Assembly: GCF_003704095.1 (NCBI RefSeq)
Contig: NW_020843442.1
Coordinates: forward strand, 310,001-374,000
Reading direction: 5' to 3'
Length of the DNA: 64,000 nucleotides
DNA from: Pocillopora damicornis
Lineage: Eukaryota
Translations under genes and position numbers: made by a program
The notes under the pieces: model-generated
What the model was told of the DNA's origin: nothing
What the model saw: the letters and a program-made list of their open reading frames with translations, nothing else
Databases searched by the model: none
Shown: positions 23,301 through 33,649 of the stretch, piece after piece
Numbering within the stretch: the stretch's first letter is position 1
Layout: each line of letters begins with the position of its first letter

Positions 23301-26300
23301 GCGACTTAACAGATTTTGGCTGAAGTGGATAAATCTTCAAACGCACCACAGACAAATTTGTCCCAAGTAAAAACTGGACAAAATTGACCAAATAAACAAA
23401 ACTGTGATTGTTTGTTGTAAAAGCTATAATCAACGTATAATTGAACTGAAATCAGTTTACTAGAAAATTGTATTTCGTTGCAAAACTTGAGAGTCTAAAA
23501 CTTTAAAACAACTTAAAATTGGAGTTGGAATCCTTTGGCAAACTGTGCTGGCTGGTCTAATAAGCAGATTGGATGCTGACAGAATTTGACAGCTTTGAAA
23601 TTTTACATGCAGATGATCAGACAAAAAAAATATGTCCTTTGATTTTTTTGGGATGATTTTTCAGTAAAAAATTTTGCAGCTAGCCCTTGGAATTGAAAAT
23701 AAAAGACCAAAGTAGCTTGGGGAGCCTTAGATTTAAGATGGCAGTGATCACCCAAGTCTTATACATGTAACTGGTAACATCAGGGCAAAAACTGATAACC
23801 AGTTTTCAGGAACCAGACTTACAACACTTTACTGACAAAATATTCCTAAATGGACTCTGATCATGACTTCAGCTGAGGTTTTCCAAACATCTTTCCCTTC
23901 AACCAACAACAGTCCTTTTCAAATAAACCCTAACCCAGAAAATCAGACAACCAAATTAAATGTTAATCCTGGGTTCAAACCATACACTGAATAAAGCAAT
24001 AAACATGTACATTGTCTAGTTCCTTGTTGTCATCACAGAAGAAAGAGCATTCATCTTGGAAAGCAGCACATGTTCTGTAAAGTCCCTCATCTTTCAGGTA
24101 ACCTTAATTCAAAGAGGAGAGTAAAATGCCCAAAATTAAAACACCTCAGATTAACAGGTCAAGGATATTTTGTTCTAGTGCTAATAATCATGATGCTTAT
24201 AGATAAAAGATCAATTCTACAACTACCATATTGTTACTTATTTTCACACGAATTAATCCCTGCAATTTTTATGATTGTTAAAAAATCTAAAAATCCTAGA
24301 CTCAATAATTGAAAAGTTTTGGTGGAAATCAACCATACAAAATTTAATACACTTGACTAGCAAAGTGGGAAAGCACTGCTTTGCCAAAATATGAGAGAAA
24401 GCAGTTGATGGGGTTGTAAAGGGTGAGTCAGGTTTTCGTCCTGAGGATCCATTAAAGAAATTGACAATGTCCTTCAGCTGTGAGTGCAAATAGACAGTTT
24501 CATTTACTCTTGTATAGCTCTGCTTTGTTGCAAAGGAACATGTCAAATAGTTATCACTTTCATTTTGAAATGATTTTGTATTGATCTAGTTTTATTCAAT
24601 GTCATTTGAAAGTATTGGTATGGAAAATAGAAATTGGTTGTGTGAATTCTGAAACTAGCTGTTTGTTTGCAGATCAGTATTTTAACAGTTTTTGCAAAAT
24701 GTTTAATAAATATATATTTAATAAATATATATTTTGGCCAAATTGCAAAATTAAAGTTTTACAAAATATGACTGTTCCATTTTAACAAAATTAAGTTCCT
24801 GCCGAATTAAGTAATAATAAGTTAATTACAGTGGCTGCACATGTTGTTCCATACTGTGAAAAACATTACCTTTAACTTCTAAAAATAACTTCTGTTTCTT
24901 TCCTCTTATGTTAAAAATTTTTACTTTACATTTTAGGAGGAAATAAAGGATTTATAAAGTAAAACCAAATTTTGTCCCAAATTTGAAAAGAGGAAAAAAA
25001 CCTGAGATTTCTTTTTAATTTTAAGTACTTTTTAGAAAGCATGATATCAAGTGTCCATATTATCTCTGGATTTTTCTTGATCCATTGTGTTCTTAAAAAA
25101 AACCATTTATTTCAGTCACATGTTTGGCAATCTGCCTGTTTACAAGAGTAGCAGACAGTTCTTGACACTTTCTCAGACATGGTATCAAGTGACAATTGAT
25201 ATTGAATGATTGCTATTTTTAAAAAGTATAATTTAGCAGCTTACGCAATATCATGATGGAGCTTAAGGCCACATATATTCTTTAATTATGGTAGTGTGCA
25301 ATATTTCTTGGTACACTCTGTCTTCAAATATTTTCCCAAAAAAAAAATACATGTTGATCAAAAGGCTTGGACAACAAAAAATCTAAGTTTCCTGTGAGGA
25401 TTCACACCAAAAACATTTCCTCTTTGTTCTAATGGCTATATAACACAAAAGCTCAGTTTATCTCCCAAAGTTCTCAATGATTTTATGGCTGATTTATCTT
25501 TACAATACTAACTAATACTAACATATCACTTGAATAACAAGAGATAAAAAAAAAATCATGCTATCTAGAATACACCGAACCTTGATTTTATTCCTGAAGG
25601 AAACTATAATTGCTTTTCAAAGAGAGAACATTTTTACAGAACATTTTACTATCAACCAAAACTACACCTGATTCATTAGGTTCATGCTATACTGTCTTAT
25701 ACTGAGGTATTGATATTTACCTTGTAGTAATCCTTTTTCAAGCACCACTTACATCAGAAACATTAGTTATGTTACCATGATATAGCATAGCCATTTACTG
25801 TGCTTGTGAGCTGGATATAATCATTTAAAGTGGCATGAAAGACACAAAAAATATTCCTACCTCAATGGAGAACATTTCAAATTTGGAACTAGAGCAGCCA
25901 AATGTAAATTTTGTGAAATTTAGCAAGAAGACTAAAATGAAATTCAATCTTTAATTCCAGTGGGGTGAAGTTTTGTTTCAAACCCTCTTTAGCAAAATAT
26001 ATTTTTAAAACTTATTTTGCTACAGTACACTTTTTTTTCCCCAAGGTACTCATCACATGTAATATAGAGGCTCTTTTAACTATAATTTAAATCACGTAGC
26101 CTTTGTGAAACACATCAAGCACATTACTCCAAGAAAACTCAAAAGATAGAAAAGCCCAAGTCTAAAATTATCCAACATATATCATATTAATATCTTCCAA
26201 AAAGGCACTTCCAACATTTCTGCATAGGTGCTGATCACCTGTTTTTTTTTTCCCCACAGATATTTACGGAACAAAATCACTAATACTTTGTTTCCATTTT

Positions 26301-29300
26301 GAAAGGCCAAGTGACAGTTATTGCAGCCTCTGGCGTATATCTACATTTGTCCAGAGTCTAACCCAGCAAGCATACTTTCAAATTGCAAATCCATAACTGT
26401 GAATTTCTTCAACAGTGCTTTTCAATCAAGTTATGTTTGATTCCAAGGAACTCATTGCAGGTAAAGTAGGGGCTGCTATTGTTATAATTTAAATCACATA
26501 GCTTCTGTGAAACACATCAAGCACATCAATCCAAGAAAAACTCAAAAGATAGAAAAGCCCAAGTCTAAAATTATCCAGCATATATCATATATCTTCCAAA
26601 AAGGCACTTCCAACATTTCTGCACATACACTGATCACCTGTCTTTTTTTTTCCAGAAGCATTTACAGAACAAAATCACTGATATTTTGTTTCCATTTTGG
26701 AAGGCCAAGTGATGGCCACTGCAGCCTCTGATTTATATCTACATTTGTCCAGAGTTTAAACTAGCAAGCATACTTTCAAATATCAAGTTCATAACTGTGA
26801 ATTTCTTTGACTGTGCTTTTCAATCACGTTGTGTTTGATTCCAAGGCACTCATCACATGCAATACAGGGGCTCTTTTTGTTATAATTTAAATCACATGGC
26901 TTTTGTGCACAGCACATTAATCCAGGAAAAACTCAAAAGATTGAAAATCCCAAGTCTAAAATTATCCAGCATATATCATATATCTTCCAAAAGAAAACAC
27001 TTCCGGCGTTTCTGCACAGGTGCTAATCACCTATAATTTTTTTTTCCAGAGGCATTTACAGAACAAAATCACTGATGCTTTGTTTCCATTTGGAAGGCCA
27101 AATGATGGCCATTACAGCCTCTGGTTTACATCTACATTTATTCATAGTTTAACCGGCAACCAGACTTTCAAATAGCAAATTTGTAACAGTGACTTTCTTC
27201 AACTGTGCTTTTCAATCAAGTTGTTTGATTTGAATTATTGCTCTCTGCATCAGAGGAATACCTGTATACCAGCAGGATGTAGCAACACCAAATTAAATTA
27301 GATTAAGTAAAATCATTTTTTTTTTCAGTATGTTTTCTATTTTAACCTGACTGTGATAATTGCAGGAGTAGCAGCTCTGTGGCCAATTTCACAGTATTCA
27401 AAGAGTTGCTGTTTTCACTAAGTTATTTTTACCTTTCTATTTGGTCTTGTACTTTCATAACTGTTTCTGAATTAAAAATATGACTTTCATATATTCTTAA
27501 CCGTTTATTCATCACTTCACGGGTTTATTTAGAACCAACATCATGACCAGCTCCCAGTTGGCTTGTTAGTTCAGTTGGTAGAGCGCTGCACCAGTATCAC
27601 AGAGGTCATGGGTTCAAATCCTGTACAGGCCTGAATTTTTTTCAGGCCTTATTTTCACTACTGCCTAAGTAGTGCACTTTACTGCGAGGATCACTTTCAT
27701 TCACATGTTTCTGAATTCTAAAACCTTGGATTTAAATACAACAGCCTTTCTCTCAGTGGGTTTAGAACATGCAAAACCACGCTTCAGTCACTCAGTATTC
27801 TCTTTCTAAGAAGTAAACAAACATAAATTTTGTGAAATTTAGCAACAAGACTAGAATGAAATTAAATCATTAATTCCAGTGGGGTGAAGTTTTGTTTCAA
27901 CCCCTCTTTTGCAAAACTATATTTTAAAAACTTATTTCCCTACAGTACACTTTTTTCCCCCCAGGCACTCATCACATGTAATATAGAGGCTCTTTTTGTT
28001 ATAATTTAAATCACATAGCTTTTGTGAAACACATCAAGCACATTAATCCAAGAAAAACTCAAAAGATAAAAAAGCCCAAGTCTAAAATTATCCAGCATAT
28101 AAAATATATCTTCCAAAAAGGCACTTCCAACATTTCTGCACATGCGCTGATCACCAGTTGTTGTTGTTGTTTTTTTTTTCCAGAGGCATTTACAGCCACT
28201 GGTTTACATCTACATTTGTCCCGAGCGGAGCATGCAAAACTATACTTCACTCAGTATTCTCTTTCCAAGAAGTAACCATTGTTCTATTTGGTCTTGTACT
28301 TCCATAACTCTGTCTGAATTCTAAAACCTTAGATTTCATACAACAGTTTCTCTCTCAGTGGGTTTAAAACAGGCAAAACCTTGCTTTACTCGGTGTTCTC
28401 TTTCCAAGAAGTAACCAGTAAAATTTGCTGCCTTCAGTAGCTCTTCCTCCTGCCTAAAATGGCTAGGAATTCTTAAAAATTCAACAGGTAAAACAATTGT
28501 TCTACTGGAAAGAAAATTTCTTTTTACTTGTCACGCTGAAAATAAGGGATAACACTGTTTACTAATACAGCCATACTGATGTATATCATAAATAAAAGAT
28601 GTAGGTGAAAATGAAGGATTGAAAGCCCTCATATTTGGTCAAAAAACCTAGTAGGACTAAAGTCTTTAACAACCCTATCCAACTGATAATGACTCATAGA
28701 ATGTGGCACAAATTCTAAGAAAAAGCTACTCATAACAGTGCTGCAAAATTTGGCCTCAAATAGCTTCAGAAGTTTAATCCCTCTAGAGAGTATTTTTGGT
28801 TTAGAGTGGCTATAAATGTAAAGCTCTTCTCTTCTACCCCATTTGGATGAGAACCAACAAGGAGACGGTGATATTGGACTTCTGTCAACATAGCTTATGC
28901 AAAGTGTGCACCCATTTTTTAGCAACAAAACAAGACAGAGGATGACTTCTTACATAATATTAGGTTCTAGAGCTAGCATTTCTCATTAGTAAAGGTAATT
29001 ACATACTCTGATTACAATTAAGGATAAATATCACATATGTTTTCAGAAATTGTTGAAATTGCTTGATTAGCACATTGATTTTTCTGCAACTTCTGAAAAC
29101 ACAAGTGAAATCCATCCTTAATTTTACGAGGAAATATGCAGTTACTTGTTTATAATATAAAGGGAAATGTTTCTTTAATAAGAAGGTAAAAAACCACATG
29201 CTGTTGCACAAATTCATAGGAAGCCAATTCAGTATTCCATTAGCGCCAATGAACTGAAAAATGAACAATTACCTGAATGAAATTTACTTTTGTACCACAA

Positions 29301-30031
29301 TACCAAAGCAATGAAACAAGCCCTGCTAAAAAATATTAGCCATAAATGCAATTGTAATACTTTTAGGTAGAGTTAAGCCTTTTTAAATGTTTTCAATTCT
29401 GAGTAATTTTGCCCAGGGCAATTACCAAATTTAAGGAAAAATCCCCTCTGTCTCAGTCAACCAGCATTTAGTAATTTTGCCCTCTATGTTACCATCAGAT
29501 TTAAGAATATTAGGTAGGTGATATAACAAGAGAAAAGGCATTGCATCTGAGGTGCGACAAATTTATCAAATATCACGGAGCCTAATCAAATGTGTATAGT
29601 AATTATTTCTGTTGTTCTCGATAGTATAAGTTGCTTTTACTTTTACGAGAGTAAAATAAATAGCCATACAATGTTTGATATTGATCAAATATTACTATTT
29701 GGTAAAATTAAGAACTCAATCTTGGAGTTACAATTTGGACTGATTCAGATTCAGCTAGCGCTGTAAACACCTACACGTCAGACAGATCTACAAAATGACA
29801 ATTGTTGACATTTTATAATTGCGAGAATTATCGATCCATCAAGACTTCACCCAACAAGTTATCGTCAGAAATTTAGCAAATTGAGTAATTCTGAAGTGCT
29901 ACTTAAACTTAAGCAGCAATCTATCGAAAACGTTGTCACTTTCGCATTATATCGAAGCTCTCCCTAAATGCGCCTACCCTATTTTAAGACTTACCAAGTA
30001 CCAGTTTTGCGACGATACAACCTTCTATCAT
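10158..30031 (-). CDS. NPAT: NPAT (nuclear protein coactivator of histone transcription), ~1191 aa, 14 exons
   Basis: Exons (minus): 30031-29995, 24102-24011, 23002-22942, 20876-20795, 19831-19779, 19307-18644, 17960-17922, 17495-17399, 16785-16706, 16476-16371, 15221-15134, 14924-14790, 13439-11485, 10244-10158. All are phase-consistent; the exon 2/3 boundary is the least certain. Diagnostic motifs: LisH MIEGCIVAKLVLGYLKDEGLYRTCAAF (human MLLPSDVARLVLGYLQQENL), LKTILDDY, SLWNDLD, LQEKLAENINK, DPAFDVLFSVF (DLFD-type box), RALDF, and C-terminal FPSDLNVEDFLSKLHYEV (human FPAGMDVDKFLLSLHYDE). Confidence 0.92.
11336..11470 (+). repeat. Dispersed short repeat (MITE-like), homologues at ~50695-50850 (+) and ~59270-59490 (-)
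   Basis: Shared core gaaaacgcg..tgacc.agtc..gattgg.tttagttt.gc.tc.gattggtt... Confidence 0.6.
14340..14390 (+). repeat. (AAT)n microsatellite
   Basis: Direct AAT run that produces the spurious poly-N and poly-L ORFs. Confidence 0.95.
15271..15802. mobile_element. Nested MITE cluster: a family B relic interrupted by a family A MITE (15331-15542) and a GGGCCC-type TIR MITE (~15549-15779)
   Basis: Family B sequence ...gaatcattca|TTAA|gaccatgag... is split at its TTAA by a CCCTTTAACTCCC...GGGAGTTAAAGGG element. The second insert has inverted ends gcccatttcttgaaagtcccggta / tactgggatctttgagaaacatgtccc. Confidence 0.7.
15974..16245 (-). repeat. Four tandem ~60-85 bp units derived from a SINE central segment
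   Basis: Core gcactgtgtgagagtgtctcacccaagaaacac at 15974, 16061, 16129 and 16189. The last unit ends in a B-box-like complement (gccacagctcaaac). Confidence 0.7.
17682..17870. mobile_element. piggyBac-type MITE (diverged)
   Basis: TTAACTCTTTAA...TAAGGGTTAG ends and ~190 bp length. Confidence 0.55.
18168..18378. mobile_element. piggyBac-type MITE (family B, near-complete)
   Basis: TTAA|CCC...GGG|TTAA, 211 bp. Confidence 0.8.
20421..20594 (+). repeat. Perfect 87-bp tandem duplication in NPAT intron 4
   Basis: 20421-20507 is identical to 20508-20594. Confidence 0.95.
20929..21480 (+). mobile_element. Non-autonomous PIF/Harbinger-like element with a transposase relic
   Basis: TIRs AGCCCTGTTCAAAC(A/G)GT(C/T)ATGAT(A/G)GTTGATG at both ends, with a TAA left flank. 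The internal plus-strand peptide FEISVQNLPVKDTEAYLEMTRMNYETFHKI (~21140-21232) resembles the Harbinger transposase N-terminal ..D...F..Y.RM....F..L motif. Confidence 0.7.
23850..23990 (+). repeat. Second, strongly decayed hammerhead-type (Penelope-associated) repeat
   Basis: gactCTGATCAtgacttcagctgaggttttcCAAACATC...aacaacagtccttttca...cctgggttcaaacc follows the CTGANGA...GAAACGTC layout with core mutations. Confidence 0.45.
25905..28415 (+). repeat. Complex local duplication in NPAT intron 1: three ~400-bp tandem units plus partial dispersed copies
   Basis: Units start at ~26042, ~26443 and ~26841 (to ~27230). 27825-28240 copies 25905-26360 with an internal deletion. 27435-27815 (minus the insert) copies 28282-28415. 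Confidence 0.85.
27474..27705 (+). mobile_element. Retroposed element containing a tRNA(Thr)-like segment (27560-27632), with a 12-bp TSD
   Basis: GGCTTGT...TAGTTCAGTTGGTAGAGC (A box)...GGTTCAAATCC (B box)...ACAGGCC, then a T7 run. The anticodon arm is imperfect (C at position 33, mismatches). TSD TGTTTCTGAATT at 27462-27473 and 27706-27717. Confidence 0.8.
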
Positions 30032-30043
30032 TCTGTGAAGAGA

Positions 30044-30073
30044 TCACTCCGATGGTATGGCGCAGAAAGCCAT
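30044..30073 (-). promoter_or_regulatory. uORF (MAFCAIPSE*) in frame with the NPAT start
   Basis: ATG at 30073, TGA at 30046-30044, main ATG at 30031 (42 nt apart, same frame). Confidence 0.55.
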
Positions 30074-30119
30074 TTGTAAACAATATTTAGCTATATAAGT
30101 TGAATTTAACCTTCTGTTA

Positions 30120-30205
30120 CTCCAACTGTGTTTCGCGCGAAATACACTACATACTGCGCATGTGACATCGAGACTGATATCAAATATTGCAGGCGCCATA
30201 TTTCA
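30120..30205. promoter_or_regulatory. NPAT promoter: palindromic E2F site, NRF1-like and YY1-like motifs
   Basis: TTTCGCGCGAAA at 30131-30142, TGCGCATGTG at 30155-30164 and GCGCCATAT at ~30193-30201. Confidence 0.6.
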
Positions 30206-33200
30206 GCATAATTTATTCATCTTTCACATGACCCCTCTTCATTTGGAAATAAGCATGTTATTGTCATGAGAGGCAGAACTTTTAAACCGTGAACAAAGAG
30301 CGGCATTGATGTGACTTTCGCAATATATTTCCTTTTAAGGTCATTTCTCTCGCGTCCACTTTCATCTTTTATTCTTTCATTTATATTCCATCCCGGTCTC
30401 TTTTCCTACTTTTCAATTCCTCCCCTCGTTTTTCTCCCACCCATTCTGCTGTCCTGCTATTTTATTTGCTTTTCTTATCATTTCCTTCCATATGCTTTCC
30501 TCCTTGTAATTTCAAAAGTAGTAACGCATCACTGAATGGAATTATTTACTGATATGAAAGTGCTACAAATATGAGGAATATTTTTTTTATCACGCATTTT
30601 CAAAAGAAAATATGAAGGGCTTTAAAAAATTATTCCCTCTTTTAAACTCTCCATGGGGACAAAGGTCGAACAAGGACTGAGGGGTACTGGGTGGGGGTTA
30701 AAATCTTAAAACGCCAAGTTCCCAACTGTTTCTAATCTTGAAAGTAATAGTCTTTGAAAATTAATACAGGCAATAAATCTTTTTGATATAATCCATTTCA
30801 GCTGTAGGGGATATATAATCGGATACAGAGGGCAAAACGAGAGGTGGGTTCTAACTTTGAGGATTAAAAGTGATTCAACCTTGAGCTTGACTGTTCTTTA
30901 TCCAGAAAGAAAACAGAAGAATGTATTAAAAATATTACTCTGCAACAAACAAGTGTCATTTTACTATGCTGAACAAATTTGTCATCGTCACATCCACACA
31001 TTAACGAGATTTGTTGAGTCCTTTATTTTGTCCGTTAGACACCGATATTTGAGAAATGAAGTAATATTTTGGTTGTGTATTTCCCTACCCTAAAGATAAT
31101 ACAATACTTGATAGAAAATGAACAGGCGAGACAAATCGCTCTGTAGACTACCTTTTTAACAAATGCATTATGCTTTCTTTATAGCACAAACAACATCGAA
31201 AACGATTGAACTAAGCTGGACGGTGATCTGCAGCGTTGTCCGGCTCAATAAAGTCTCGCGTGGCAAACCAAGACCATGCCCAGACTTGTAAAAGCCGGAT
31301 TAAATATCATAATCGACATATCATTTCGCACTATTGCCTTACAGCTATCTCGTGGTTTGATCAGTTTTAATTGATCCATCGAGCTCAACAAATTAAGGCA
31401 GACCGCATTTTCAAACTCCCTCTGTCATGGCTGTCGTAATGGTACGCGCGCGCTCATCTTTCTCGCGCGAATGGAACAAGAGAGATCCGCGCGCGCAAAC
31501 ATATCAAGCCGTGCAAAAAATATTTGATTGTCGCATTATCATCTAGCTCACTTTATAGCGGAAACCACAGCTGGATCCCAACGAAAATTCACCTGCAAGT
31601 GGCTAATTGTTTTCTTTGAAACATTATCAGCTGAAAGTGAGAGGTCGAGATTGTGTTTTTTATCAAAATATTTCAGCAGTGTTTGTCCTTCCATACAAAT
31701 TTACCATCGGCAGTAATTAGGAATCAACTCGGCAGCGAATAGCGTGGTTTTAGCCAAGCATGACGAAGCAAAACAAAAGTGGAGAACAATAGATAGGAAA
31801 TGTCTCATATACTGTCGAGAGGATACAAAATACCCACTTTGCTGTGACGAAAGTTTTTTAAGCCATTTCTGCATTTCATTTTCTCCTCATTAGAATTTTC
31901 ATCACAAAACATTCTGGAAGCGCGCGGGAGTCATTCCATAAGCGTTGAAGCATACTACTTGGTTTACAACGCGCGACGAATTTAGCGTAAAATGAGAAGA
32001 ATTTAAATCCACTCTGGCCGGCTCAAGTGCCCGGTGGTATTCGCTAGAATCATGTGCCATGCCGGCAGTCACGAGACAATCAAAAATGACGACCTTCTGT
32101 TTCTTTTGAATTCTAGCAGCTGATTCAGTGTTTCCTAAGGGTTCGCCAAATAATTGCTGGCTGGGAATAAATGGCTGCATATAACAAAAGCATCTTTGTA
32201 TTGGCTCCGGCTGTAACAATTGAACCTGTCTGCTCTGCGGGTATCACGCTACAAAACAATAGCTGGAACCTCTTAATAATCGCCTGTATATTTGCATATA
32301 TCACTCCAGCGAAGGCTGTATAAGCACATGGAAATGATGTGCTTCTTCAAGAATTCAACTAGCCCTACTGAACCACAGCATGAATTAAAATAAAGTTCAC
32401 TTGCTCTCATGTCACTGCAGTCCATTAATATACCTGCAGACTTGATGCACTCCTAAGATTTTGTGGTAAATTTTTCATCCCCAGTTGTTAAGTAATTAAT
32501 AACTGAATCACTTGCCAACAGAAAATAATTTATTATCTCCAATACCATAAATATAGGCATGTCGCATTGATATATAATTTTTTTGTGACTCAGTGCACGT
32601 CATGACCAAGTTTAACATACTATAAAGGAGAAACCTTGGTCACCTCCTCCAATCGATATTCACAATATTACAAAGCAACTACTTTTCATTTATTTGACTG
32701 ATACAATTCAATTCATTTAACAGCTATATAAGTTTCTGTATTATTTTATATCAAATTATTCCCACACAAAAAACAGTGGTCACCTCAAACACTTGTGTGC
32801 CAGACTTCAAGCACAGAATGCAGCAAACATAGAGCAACGAGTCTAGCAAGATTGAGCAAAACTAACAAAACAGTTATACTCTCTCTAAAAATAATATCTC
32901 ATACTGATCTAAACTGTACAAGTACAAATTCAATTTATGCAAGAATTGTGCAACAAATGAAAACATAGCAAACATGGAGCATGTTGCAACTGTACTTAAA
33001 ACATCTCAATTCCTATCTACTATGCTAAAGAGATGCAGTGTCAACTTGGAAAAGAGACTGATGCAAGGCCCTTACAGTAAATTAGTGTCAGCTTCACTAC
33101 ATCTTGGAAATAAAAGCAGGCAACAGAATATTGCTCTAAACCAAAAGTTGCTGCACTGTCAAGACATGGCAAGAAACTGATGGGCAATTTGAGAGGAAAA

Positions 33201-33649
33201 AAAAGCCAAATATTTGCAATGTACCATACTGTGACCAAAACATCAAATAGTATTAATAACCTTGCTAAACAATGTGATATAATGTGAGATATACTGGATG
33301 TAAACATGAAGGTTTATTCCGGTGCAGATGTACAGGAACTCGTTCACAGCCGTACAAATGCAAAACGTAATCAGGAAGAATTTAACCCCAGGAGGAAAAA
33401 TTCCACATATCTTTTGTAAAGTTCTAATACAACCTTACCCATCTTAACTTTCTATAGGTTAAATACAAACTTCTTCCCTTCAGTCATCATTCTGGCTCCC
33501 CAGACACGACTTTTCTGAAGTTACTTGACCCTACAGAGACCCTTTATGTACAAGTTTCTCAACTAACCCACCAGAAGAAGTAAAAACATAGGCTCAATCT
33601 GTTATAAAAAAAAATATTGCGCCTATAAACCATAAATTAAATGTCTGAA

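Noticed and set aside
24253-24546. Possible extra NPAT exon (LKDIVNFFNG...)
   Set aside because: In the required phase 1 it hits a stop, and it would interrupt the LisH motif.
27560-27632. Functional tRNA-Thr gene
   Set aside because: Mismatched anticodon stem and C at position 33, and it lies inside a TSD-flanked insertion.
26507-28275. Duplicated MKHIKHINPRK ORFs
   Set aside because: Non-ATG starts inside a non-coding tandem repeat; other copies carry indels or deletions that disrupt the ORF.
30044-30046. In-frame TGA read as selenocysteine
   Set aside because: No recognisable SECIS in the NPAT 3' region and no redox-motif context.
30076-30083. FoxO-binding element GTAAACAA at the NPAT 5' end (and others scattered)
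   Set aside because: Several matches are expected by chance in 64 kb of AT-rich DNA, and they do not cluster.
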